From positions 22,940,001 to 23,004,000 of the forward strand of contig OX597838.1 of the NCBI GenBank assembly GCA_951406725.2: a stretch of DNA of 64,000 bases, read 5' to 3'. The position numbers and the translations under genes are program-made. Source of the DNA: Octopus vulgaris (taxonomy: Eukaryota). The notes beneath the pieces were generated by a model. That model saw only the letters and a program-made list of their open reading frames with translations. It was not told where the DNA came from and did not search any database. The number at the start of each line of letters is the position of its first letter. Positions within the stretch are counted from its first letter, which is position 1. This document shows positions 1-10,305 of this stretch, piece after piece.

Positions 1-312
1 TACTCATTTTGGCCAGCTGAGTGGACTGGAGCAATGTGGAACGAAGTGTTTTGCTCAAGAACATAATGCATCACCTGGTCCAGGAATTGAAACCACAACC
101 ATAGGGTCATAAGCCCAATGCCCTAACCACTAATCCACATGTCTCCACTATAACAGAATGTAGTATAGATGCATATATTAGTTTCAAATTTTGGCACTAG
201 GCTATCAATTTTAGGGGCGGGGCATTGACCTCATTTTTTTAACTGGTACTTATTTTATTGACCTCAGAAGAAGGAAAGACAAAGTTGACCTTGATGGAAT
301 TTGAACTCAGAA

Positions 313-740
313 TCATCGTCATCATCGTTTAATGTCCGCTTTCCATGCTGGCATGGGTTGGACGGTTTGCACCAGGCTCCAATCTGATCTGACAAAGTTT
401 TTACAGCTGGATGCCCTTCCTAATGCCAACCACTCCGAGAGTGTAGCGGGTGCTTTTATGTGCTACCGGCACGAGGGCCAGTCAGGCAGTACTGGCATCG
501 GCCATGCTCAAATGGCGCTTTTTATGTGCCACCTACACAGGAGCCAGTCTGGCGGCACTGGCAATTACCACGCTTGAATGGTGTTGTCTAATGTGCCACC
601 AGCACAAGAGCCAGCCAGCGGCGCTGGCAACGACAGTGCTCAAATGGCGTTTTTAACATTCCACTGGCATGGGTGCCAATCAGGCAGTGCTGGCATTGGA
701 CACGACAGCAGTTTTCACTTGCCACAAGAGGTCTTTGCAA
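313..740 (-). mobile_element. RTE 3' UTR fragment
   Basis: Reverse complement of the 42240-42612 tail with (CAT)n. Confidence 0.75.
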
Positions 741-752
741 GTGGAGTTTATT

Positions 753-968
753 CTCTTTCACTCGTTTCAGTCATTTGAACTGTGGCCATGCTGGAGCACT
801 GCTTTTAGTCAAGCAAATCGACCCCAGGACTTATTCTTTGTAAGCCTAGTACTTATTCTATCGGTCTCTTTTGCCGAACCGCTAAGTTACAGGGACGTAA
901 ACACACCAGCATCGGTTGTCAAGCGATGTTGGAGGGACAAACAGAGACACACAAATTTATACACACAC

Positions 969-1015
<47 letters not shown>

Positions 1016-1190
1016 TATACATATATATGAGAGGCTTCTTTCAGTTTCCGTCTACCAAATCCATTCACGAGGATTTGGTTGGCCCGAGGCTACAGTAGAA
1101 GACACTTGACCAAGGTTCCACGCAGTGGGACTGAACCCGGAACCATGTGGTTCGTAAGCAAGCTACTTACCACACAGCCGCTCCTACGCC
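753..1190 (-). mobile_element. SINE family A (tRNA-derived head, central (TA)n(TG)n, AAAAGAG tail)
   Basis: Head GGAGTGGCTGTGTGGTAAG (A box)...GGTTCAGTCCC (B box); more than 30 full or partial copies in the window. Confidence 0.85.
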
Positions 1191-1320
1191 TATATTGTCC
1201 AATGATTGAAGGGTAACTCTTAAATGGGCTGGTTATACAGCATAAAAGACAAATGAAATGCCTCGAAGCATTCTGCCTAGCACGCTAATGATTCTGCCAG
1301 CTTGCTGCCTTAGTTTTATA

Positions 1321-1558
1321 CTCTTTTACTCTCTCTTTTACTCTTTTATTTGTTTCAGTCATTTGACTGTGGCCATGCTGGAGCACCGCCTTTTTAATCG
1401 AGCAACTCGACCCCGGGACTTATTCTTTTTGTAAGCCCAGTACTTATTCTGTCAGTCTCTTTTGCCGAACCGCTAAGTGACGGGGACATAAACACACCAG
1501 CATCGATCGGTTGTCAAGCAATGCTAAGGGGACAAACACAGACACATACATACACACA

Positions 1559-1604
<46 letters not shown>

Positions 1605-1763
1605 TACGACAGGCTTCTTTCAGTATCCGTCTACCAAATCTACTCACAAGGCTTTGGTCGGTCCGAGGCTATAGTAGAAGACACTTGCCCAAGGTGCCAC
1701 GCAGTGGGAGTGAACCCAGAACTATGTGGTTGGTAAACAAGCTACTTACCACACAGCCACTCC
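1321..1763 (-). mobile_element. SINE A
   Basis: Full-length match to the family. Confidence 0.85.
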
Positions 1764-1905
1764 TTTATGGATATAAATATTAAACATTATTTCTTCATAG
1801 CTACAAAGGTGTTTAATTGTCTTGAAACTTATAATCATATTTAATGAAATTTCAAGTGAATACCACAGGAAATTTATAAGAAATTAAGAAACAAAAATGC
1901 CAAAC

Positions 1906-2210
1906 CTGCGTTGGGTTAACGGAGATGTTTAAACTGTAAGTTTCATTTTCATTAGTTGTGACTCCATCAAGTGAAATATTATGTGTTGAGTTTCCATTGA
2001 GGGTGACGCTAACCACGAGGGACTTCAAATTCCATTTTGGCAAGCCATTGCTGTGCAAAACTACAGCAAGCGTAGAGTCGTTGAGAAGTGACACTTGTTC
2101 AATGTGCACTGGAGACAGGGGACAATTGTTGACACTGCCTTCTGTAGATACGTTACTGGCCAATTGTATGGGAGCGACGTCTTCGTAACAGATGACAACA
2201 TTAGTTTGAA
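1906..2210 (-). CDS. Coding exon 5: (F)QTNVVICYEDVAPIQLASNVSTEGSVNNCPLSPVHIEQVSLLNDS...SLDGVTTNENETYSLNISVNPTQ; gene continues past window start
   Basis: Acceptor tctcttccAG|, donor CAG|GTTTGG, 305 nt open (inside ORF 1852-2370). T.G..N.C repeat-end motif, then a second unit with LDG.TT.E motif. Confidence 0.8.
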
Positions 2211-2270
2211 CTGGAAGAGATGTGAACACACGACTGATGAAAAAGATATATGGTTGGCACAAGGGTGCGG

Positions 2271-2930
2271 AATTGTTACAGAAATTAGCAACAGCACACA
2301 GGTATGGAAATATAACAGATATAGTAAGAAAACATACATGGAGAAATGCTTCAGCTGTTAGCAATAGCATTAGGACATGAACTTGTGACAGAAGTTAGCA
2401 ACAAAATGCAGATATGGAAATATAACAGATGTAGTAAAAGCACATACATGGAGAAATGCTTCAGCTGTTAGCAACAGCATTAGGACATGAACTTGTGACA
2501 GAAGTTAGTAACAAAATGCAGATATGGAAATATAACAGATGTAGTAAAAGCACATACATGGAGAAATGCTTCAGCTGTTAGCAACAGCATTAGGACATGA
2601 ACTTGTGACAGAAGTTAGCAACAAAATGCAGATATGGAAATATAACAGATGTAGTAAAAGCACATACATGGAGAAATGCTTCAGCTGTTAGCAACAGCAT
2701 TAGGACATGAACTTGTTATAGAAATTAATAATATAAGAATCTCATAGTCATCAGCAACAGTACAATAACATGGAAATATCATAGGTGTTAGCAACAAATG
2801 GAAATATCAATTATTAAAATTGTTGCAGAAGTTAGCAACAACATTGTTAGCAACAGCACGTGGATACAGAAAGGTACAATGTATTAATAAAAGCACATGG
2901 CTACAGGGATGTCACGGACGTTAGCAGCAA
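2271..2930 (+). repeat. 120-bp minisatellite (~3.7 copies to ~2720) built of ~40-bp subunits, degenerate thereafter
   Basis: Sequence lines repeat with period 120; recurrent GTTAGCAACA. Confidence 0.9.
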
Positions 2931-2940
2931 GAAATGGTTA

Positions 2941-3413
2941 TTAACCCATTAGCATTCAGATTACTCTGTCAAATGTAATGCTTATTAAGTCAGTTTGTTT
3001 AAAATAATAATAATAATGAAATTATTGTATACAGTGCTCAGGTGCACCACAACTTGTCAGAAAGTGCGTATAACGTATATGCAGTAATGTACAAATGTCT
3101 GGAAAGCGAACAATGTATGAGTCAGATACATGCTTGTGTGTGTATGGAGGGGAGAAAATCAGGTGTAGTGTTGGCGAATCTCAGAAAGCATGGAAGTTTT
3201 GAAGGATGCACTGCTCCAACAACTAACAACAACAACAATAACTAACTAATTAAACACACATTATCTCATAGCTTCAAGATTTCTATGATGTGATTGTTTA
3301 TCTTAGAATGACTTTGGAAGGCAGGTGTGAGAGTCTGGGTCTGGACACTATGCACATAAAACAGGTAGAATTATTTTGGCTGGATATGTCCAGCTTAAAT
3401 GCTACATGGTTAA
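2941..3413 (+). mobile_element. Older TTAA-flanked MITE interrupted by an insertion at ~3003-3245; relative at ~46500-46780
   Basis: TTAACCCATTAGCATT ... AATGCTACATGGTTAA ends; similarity to 48522-48742. Confidence 0.5.
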
Positions 3414-4154
3414 AATGTAATTTACAGATTTTAGCAAAAAGATAAGAATATGAAAATATTGCAGAGAAAATATCATATCTAAGAGTCAAAACTGCCAACT
3501 TTTACTCTCATTACTGCTGCAGTTTAGCACAAGGTCAGCCTTGATCCAATCAGGCTGACGATCAAAAGTGATCCAGCTCAATATTTTCTGAATCGGTGTA
3601 TCTAGGATTACATCAACTAATTCATTAGAGAGATATTTGGTTGCTATTTTTAGCAAGTCAAGAACCATGTGGAGACTCTCTTCTTTAATCAGTCGTCATT
3701 ACTCTTTAACTTGGTTCAGTCATTTGACCGCGGCCATGCTGGAGAACAACCTTTAGTCAAACAAATTGACCCCAGGACTTATTCTTTGTAAGCCTGGTAC
3801 TTATTCTATTGGTATCTTTTGCCAAACTGATAAGTTACAGGAACAAACACAGACATACAAGCATGCACATGCACATTATTATTATTATTATTAATAGTAA
3901 TGGAAGACAACAAAAGAAGGAATGAGACCTCAATATTATGTAAATAGAGGAATTTATCTGTAATGCAATATGTGACAATTATATTACAGATATATATATA
4001 CATATATACATACAATATATACATATATACATACATACATATATACATATATACATACATACATATATACATACATATATACATATATACATACATATAT
4101 ACATATATACATACATATATACATACATACATACATATATACATACATACATAT

Positions 4155-4209
<55 letters not shown>

Positions 4210-4415
4210 GTGAAATAGAAAGATGAACAATCTTGTAGCAGATTAATCAAAAGTTTAACCGATACCTTGGTAGCAAAAATCACAGCAGAAGACAGCACGG
4301 TTGGAGGTACAACCATATGGTGTTGCAACCGTGCGTTGGTGCGGATAATTGAAATTAAAATATTATTGGTGAATTGAAGAAATGGAGCTGAACGAAGATT
4401 GAACAGAAATCGTTT

Positions 4416-4509
4416 TATTTCATTCTACACGTGTTTCGAAAGGCACAATTTACCAAAAATCCGATTGAATAATGAGACCATATTGTGTCTTTCTCTTCAG
4501 GAAGAAATA
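4416..4509 (-). ncRNA. Type I hammerhead ribozyme (left arm of palindrome)
   Basis: UAUUUCUUC-CUGAAGA-[GAAAGACACAAU...AUUGUGCCUUUC]-GAAAC-ACGU-GUA-GAAUGAAAUA. Intact core, long helix II, minimal helix III with palindromic ACGU loop, helix I with one bulge. Confidence 0.75.
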
Positions 4510-4560
4510 GGAAATCCGTTGGAAAAAACATTCTGTTTTTGTTTTTTCCAACGGATTTCC

Positions 4561-4653
4561 TATTTCTTCCTGAAGAGAAAGACACAATATGGTCTCATTA
4601 TTCAATCGGATTTTGGTAAATTGTGCCTTTCGAAACACATGTAGAATGAAATA
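4561..4653 (+). ncRNA. Type I hammerhead ribozyme (right arm of palindrome)
   Basis: Mirror copy of 4416-4509 with helix III loop ACAU; predicted cleavage after GUA at 4643. Confidence 0.7.
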
Positions 4654-4703
4654 AAACGATTTCTGTTCAATCTTCGTTCAGCTCCATTTCTTCAATTCAC
4701 CAA

Positions 4704-4765
<62 letters not shown>

Positions 4766-4934
4766 TGTCACATATTTCAACTGCTAAAGGCAAGTACACT
4801 GCAGTTACCATGAAGAAAAAAATCTCTCTTATGGTAAAAGGTGTGAAAACACCCCGTTTGTTTAGTGTCGCCCTCTATCAGGAATTTGAGACATCGATGT
4901 TTTCAGTTTGTTGACTCTTGCCGATCAGATACAC

Positions 4935-5090
4935 AATGGGCTTCTTTCAGTTTCTATCTACCAAATCCACTCTCAAGGCTTTGATTAGCCAACGGTTACA
5001 GTAGAAGTCACTTGCTCAAGGTGCCGTGCAGTGGGACTGAACCCAAAAACATGTGGTTGGGAAGCAAACTTCGTACCACACAGCCACCCC

Positions 5091-5124
<34 letters not shown>

Positions 5125-5360
5125 TCTTTGTGTTTGTGTCTGCCCCTCACCATCCACTGCTTGACAACTGATGTTGGTATATTTACATTCCCGTAACTTA
5201 GTAGTTTGGCAAAAGAGACAATAGATTAAGTACCAGACTTCAAAAAAAAAGAACAAAAAAAAAAGAACCAAAGTCAATCTGTTTGACTAAAAGAAGAAAA
5301 AAAAAACTTTAAGGCAGTGCTCTAGCATGGCCACAGTCCAGTAACTGAAACAAGTAAAAG
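4935..5360. mobile_element. SINE A pieces: head on - (4935-5085), tail on + (5100-5360)
   Basis: Halves in opposite orientation around a (TG)n tract. Confidence 0.65.
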
Positions 5361-5548
5361 GTAAATAATATGATATTGTATTGCCCAATATGTCATTTCT
5401 GTTTCAAGATAATAGGATGTAATTTGAAGGTGATTTCGTTGCTATTTCTAGCAGGTCAAGTAACTATGGAGAGAGTAAATGTATAAGATAGAGAGGTAGA
5501 GACAAAGAGCAAAAAGTAGGAGAGAAAATGAAGGACAATAGTACTCAC

Positions 5549-5573
5549 AGGATCTTCTAATAATTGTGTGAAT
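5549..5573 (-). CDS. 25-nt micro-exon (IHTIIRRS + 1 nt)
   Basis: Strong acceptor cctttccttcatttctgtttttgccAG| and perfect donor |GTGAGT. Its 25 nt convert phase 0 to phase 1, exactly what is needed to join exon 3 to exon 5. Confidence 0.65.
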
Positions 5574-6401
5574 CTGGCAAAAACAGAAATGAAGGAAAGG
5601 TGAGCATTTACATTATTTAAATCAGTGTTTGCATTAATGAGGTCAGCATTTAGGGATTTACCGTGGTAAATATCTAAAAGTTTGAATTAGAAATTATGTC
5701 GTGAGGAAAAGACATGCGCTAAGGGACGTAATATTCAAGTTTATTTCGGCTACTACGGAGAAAACTGTCTGCAAAATTTGAAACGACCTGAGCAAAGGTT
5801 AATTGAAGAGTTATGTCCCTTGGCAGGAAAGACCCGTCTCTGTGGGTATGGTAGACCAACGAAAGTTTTCCAGAAAAGGGAGTGTATGGCAAATGTTAGT
5901 GTGTTTCAAGGTTGGTGTTCATGTAGAATTGGAATGTGTGCAGTGGTGCTACATGTGCAGTGTGTTCCAGGAGGTGGGACGTGACCAAAGGATGCGTAAG
6001 AGAGCGTGTGTTGATTTGTGTGTATTATTTGTTAATATTTTGGTTGAAACTGGTTAAATTCTTTTGTGGCATTTATGGATGCGTGGGGGGTGCGTGTAGG
6101 GGTGCAGTATGTGTGGGGGCTTATATTGGGGAGGGTGGAAAAGGGTCTGTTGGGTGGATGTCCATTGTGTAAGGGCGTGTGTATCTGAGAGTGTGTCTGT
6201 GTGTGTGTCCTGGTCAAACTCCTTACTGGATTCCCAGGTATTGGTTGTAGGAGGGTCAAAGCTGAGGGACTAGCAGTTACAGTCATGATGGGGAACGTAG
6301 GTATGATACAATGTATTTCCTTTCATGTGGGCAAGGATTAAACATTTCACTTCTGCTGCTCAGTTATTATACATATATACATATATATCTATATATAAAT
6401 A

Positions 6402-6953
6402 TTGGGTTGTCTGGAAAGTTTGTGCCGATTTATAGTAGCTTACTTTTCGACTTATTTTTAGAACATGATCGAGTCCATAAAATAGGATTTGACTACACTT
6501 CCATTTAGATCACAGTTTAAGCTATCTTTTCATGGAAGAAGGTTTATGTTCCTATAACCTGTGTTAATTCTGTAACCCTTTAAAATGGAAGATAAGAAAG
6601 TTCGTTTTCGGCACTTGATGCTTTGGGAACCAGACAAAAATTGCTGCAGCTCGGCTGGGATGTGTTACCCCACCCTCCATATTCACCAGATATTGCTCCT
6701 TCAGATTTCTACTTATTCAGGTCTCTGCAGAATAGTCTTAATGGTAAAAATTTCTTGGATGACGTAAAAAGATACCTTGATGAATTCTTTGCCATGAAAC
6801 CCCCTAAATTCTGGGAAGAGGGTATTTTCAAGTTAAAGAAAAGATGGAGACGCATTGTGCAACAAAATGGTTCATATTTGGTTGATTAAAAATGTAATTT
6901 ATTGACCTTTTTCTTTCCTTTAAAAATTGGCACGAACTTTCTGGACAACCCAA
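6402..6953 (+). mobile_element. Internally deleted mariner transposon
   Basis: TA|TTGGGTTGTCTGGAAAGTT...AACTTTCTGGACAACCCAA|TA TIRs. N-terminal MEDKKVRFRHLMLWE is fused to C-terminal LGWDVLPHPPYSPDIAPSDFYLF...NGSYLVD (YSPDLAP motif). Confidence 0.9.
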
Positions 6954-6958
6954 TATAT

Positions 6959-7325
6959 GGGTGCTACTTTAGCGTGTGGTCAACTGCAGTGTCCTACTTT
7001 AGCATGCGGTCTACCGCAGCATCCTGTCTATGCTGTGAAATTACTTTTAGCATACTATCTATCTTTTCTTACCCTTTTACACATTAGCATGTGATCTACC
7101 TCCACTATAAGAACTTTATACTACGGGATGATAAAAACAATTTTAATAATGTTGAATAATGATTTATTAATAAATCTTAATTAATAATACATACTTCGTA
7201 CATCATTTAAGATTGCCACAAACAAATTTATGTGTTAAGAGAAATTTTCTAACAACATTGTAATGGTTAGAATTAACTCAGATTAAGAGGGTAAGAAAAG
7301 GTAGACCGCACGCTGAAGTAGGACC
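6959..7325. mobile_element. MITE with ~25-bp TIRs and a duplicated subterminal copy
   Basis: GGTGCTACTTTAGCGTGTGGTCAAC / GTCCTACTTTAGCATGCGGTCTACC at left versus GGTAGACCGCACGCTGAAGTAGGACC at right. Confidence 0.6.
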
Positions 7326-7364
7326 AATATATGTGTGAGTAGACACACACACACATACACATCA

Positions 7365-7780
7365 CCTATTTCTTTACTACCCACAAGGGGCTAAACACAG
7401 AAGGATAAAGAAGGACAGACAAATGGATTAAGTCGATTACATCGACCCCAGTGCGTAACTGGTACTTATTTAATCGACACTGAAAGGATGACAGGCAAAG
7501 TCGACCTCGGCGGAATTTGAACTTAGAACGTAGCGGCAGACGAAATACCTATTTCTTTATTACCCACAAGGGGCTAAACACAGAGAGGACAAACAAGGAC
7601 AGACAAACGGATTAAGTCGATTATATCGACCCCAGTGTGTAACTGGTACTTATTTAATTGACCCCGAAAGGATGAAAGGCAAAGTCGACTTCGGCGGAAT
7701 TTGAACTCAGAACGTAGCGGCAGACGAAATACTGCTAAGCATTTCGCCCGGCGTGCTAACATTTCTGCCATCTCGCCACC
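7365..7780 (-). mobile_element. SINE family C with duplicated body/tail
   Basis: Head GGCGAG(C/A)TGGCAGAA..GAGTTCAAATTCC; two tandem bodies ending AAAGAAATAGG. Other copies at 190-312, 8690-8855, 17211-17420, 21050-21237, 36310-36420, 39499-39710. Confidence 0.8.
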
Positions 7781-7928
7781 TTCACATACACACATACACA
7801 TCACCACCACCATCACACAACATGACAATCAAATATAATCGAACCTGTAAAATGCAAGATAAAAGCTCATTAAAAAAACCCCAGAAAAAATGCTTTCTGT
7901 GAAGAATATAATAAGTTGCCATAGTTAC

Positions 7929-8085
7929 CGGTACATGATGAATGAGGGTGATGTTGAAGGCAACATTTTGAAACTCTCTCAAAGCCTCCTTTATCTCCTT
8001 GCTGTTCTCATTGCTGTCATTAGCACTTAAAACTAAAAACCCCTTGCTGTTGGTTTGCAGACCATCCAAAAAAAAATTTTTAGAT
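7929..8085 (-). CDS. Coding exon 3: SKNFFLDGLQTNSKGFLVLSANDSNENSKEIKEALREFQNVAFNITLIHHVP
   Basis: Acceptor ctttatatacttcAG|, phase 2 matches exon 2. LDG..T...GFLVL motif continues the LTD-like repeat. Donor CCG|GTAACT, phase 0 (an alternative in-frame GT would end the exon at 7935). Confidence 0.8.
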
Positions 8086-8204
8086 CTGAAGTATATAAAG
8101 TATATAAAGATAATGCATAAAGTATATAAAGATAGCAATAGATGCTACATTAATTCAAAATAGCATTCCATATAACTTAATTCTTAAATCCTTTTATTTC
8201 TTTC

Positions 8205-8542
8205 AACCATTTGTCTGCAGCAATGGAACAAATCGACCCCAGGACTTATTCTTTGTAAGCCTAGTACTTATTCTATTGGTCTCTTTTGCCAAGCTGCTAA
8301 GTTACGGGTACATAAACACACCAGCATCAGTTGTCAAGCGATAGTGGAGGGACAAACACAGATACACACAAACACACACACGATGGGCTTCTTTCAGTTT
8401 CCGTCTACCAAACCCACTCATAAGGCTTAGGTCGGCCAGAGGCTATAGTAGAAGACACGTGCCCAAGGTACCACGCAGTGGGATTGAACCCAGAACCATG
8501 TAGTTGATAAGCAAGCTACTTACTACACAGCCACTCCTGTAC
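8205..8542 (-). mobile_element. SINE A
   Basis: Family match. Confidence 0.8.
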
Positions 8543-9278
8543 CTAATGTGTATATACTATAGAAAACAAACACCACAGCTGCAATATTTGTCTCAAGAGA
8601 ACATCTTGCAGAGAGGCTGCATGCTTGCTTGTTTGTTTATAATGGCCCATCAAAGTTGATGGGCCATTACAGGCACAAGATCTGAAATTTGGGCAGAGGG
8701 GGCTAGTTGATTACATCGACTACAGTACTTGACTGGTGCTTATTTTATCAACCCCGAAAAGATAAAAGGCAGAGTCACCCCTGGTGAAATTTGAACTCGG
8801 AACGTGAAGATGGACAAATTGCTGTTGAGCTAACGATTCTGCCAGCCCACTGCCTTAATAATAATTATCCTGTCTATTATAAGCAGAAGGCTAATGTGTC
8901 CTCATAAAATGAAAAGCATTGCCAATATAGGTGAATATGGTGCAACCAGTCTGCATTGGCTGACTTATCATGGTAAGATAGCTTACAGCTATAAAAACCT
9001 GCAAATTCAATCTCAGGCCACAGAGCCACTAGGCCATCTCGATGTATGTATGTCACTGGTTACAGCAATTTGGTCTCTCTTCTTGTTACCTTTTCTTATA
9101 TAACATGACTGTGTTGCATTCAACAAAAGCACAAACTGTAACTTCTGGTGCCGAGTAACACACATTAATTATATGCAGTCATTTAGTTTCTTTTCACAAT
9201 ATTATCCAGCAAGTTATATACAGAAGACACTTAGTCATTGTGTTCACTGAACATCGACCCATTAATTTATTGAATGTA

Positions 9279-9309
<31 letters not shown>

Positions 9310-9498
9310 GTTTAACATCCACTTTCCATGCTAGCATGGGTTGGACGATTTGACTGAGGATTGGCGAACCAGATGGCTGCACCAAGCTCCAATCTGATCT
9401 GGCAGAGTTTCTACAGCTGGATGCCCTTCCTAACGTCAACCACTCTATGAGTGTAGTGGAGGCTTTTACGTGCCACTAGCACAAGGGCCACTCAGGCG

Positions 9499-9500
<2 letters not shown>
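9279..9500 (-). mobile_element. RTE 3' UTR fragment
   Basis: (CAT)n + gtttaacatccactttccatgctagcatgggttggacg. Confidence 0.75.
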
Positions 9501-9570
<70 letters not shown>

Positions 9571-9880
9571 ATGGATGTATTGTGTCTGTCCTCACCACCA
9601 GCCATCACTTGATAAGCGATGCTGGTATACCTTTGTCCCTTTGTAAATATAAATGATCCAATGAAGATTCATGGCTTTGTGGTTAGGGTGTTCAGTTCAC
9701 TATCACAAGGTCAGAAGTTCAATTCCAAGCAGTGTGTTGGGTCCTTGAACAAGACACTTTATTCCACATTCCTCTTGTCCACTCAGCTGCCTAGATGAGC
9801 TGTACTTGTAATTCAAAAGGGGCTAGCCCTGTCACATTCTGTGTCACGCTGAATTTCCCTGAGAACTACACTAAGGGTAT

Positions 9881-10305
9881 GCAGGAGTGGCTGTGAGGTA
9901 AGAAGCTTGCTTCCCAACCACATAGTTCCGGGTTCAGTCCCTCTGCATGGCACTTTGGGCAAGTGTCTTCTACTATAGCCTTGGGTCGACGAAAGCTTTG
10001 TGAGTGGATTTGATAGATGGAAACTGAAAGAAGTCCATCATATATATATGTATATATATATATATATCTACATATATATGTATGTATGAATGTATTTGTG
10101 TGTCTGTGTTTATCCCCCCAACATCGCCTGACAACTGACACTGGTGTGTTTGCATCCCCTGTAACTTGGCCGTTCAGCAAAACTGACTGATAGAATAAAT
10201 ACTAGGCTTACAAAGAATAAGTCATGGGGTTGATTTATTTGACTGAGAGTGGTGCTCCAGCATAGCCGCAGTCACACGACTGAAACAAGTAAAAGAATGA
10301 AAGAA
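9881..10305 (+). mobile_element. SINE A inserted into a SINE E copy (9670-9880, continuing at 10306)
   Basis: Host sequence resumes as atctgtggagcgctcagccac after the insert. Confidence 0.8.

Larger units (their letters stand above)
4205..4710. mobile_element. Foldback element (172/171-bp arms 4359-4530 and 4540-4710, 9-nt loop) plus unique extension; Penelope-like pLTR-type relic
   Basis: Near-perfect palindrome (1 mismatch, 1 indel), hammerhead in each arm, (TA)n on both sides. Confidence 0.7.

Noticed and set aside
1852-2370. Whole 172-aa ORF as a single-exon gene
   Set aside because: The first ~53 codons are intron and minisatellite and the last 17 follow a donor; only 1906-2210 is exon-like.
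6585-6889. Functional or domesticated mariner transposase (SETMAR-like)
   Set aside because: The DNA-binding domain and first two catalytic Asp regions are deleted; intact TIRs and a second copy indicate a non-autonomous element.
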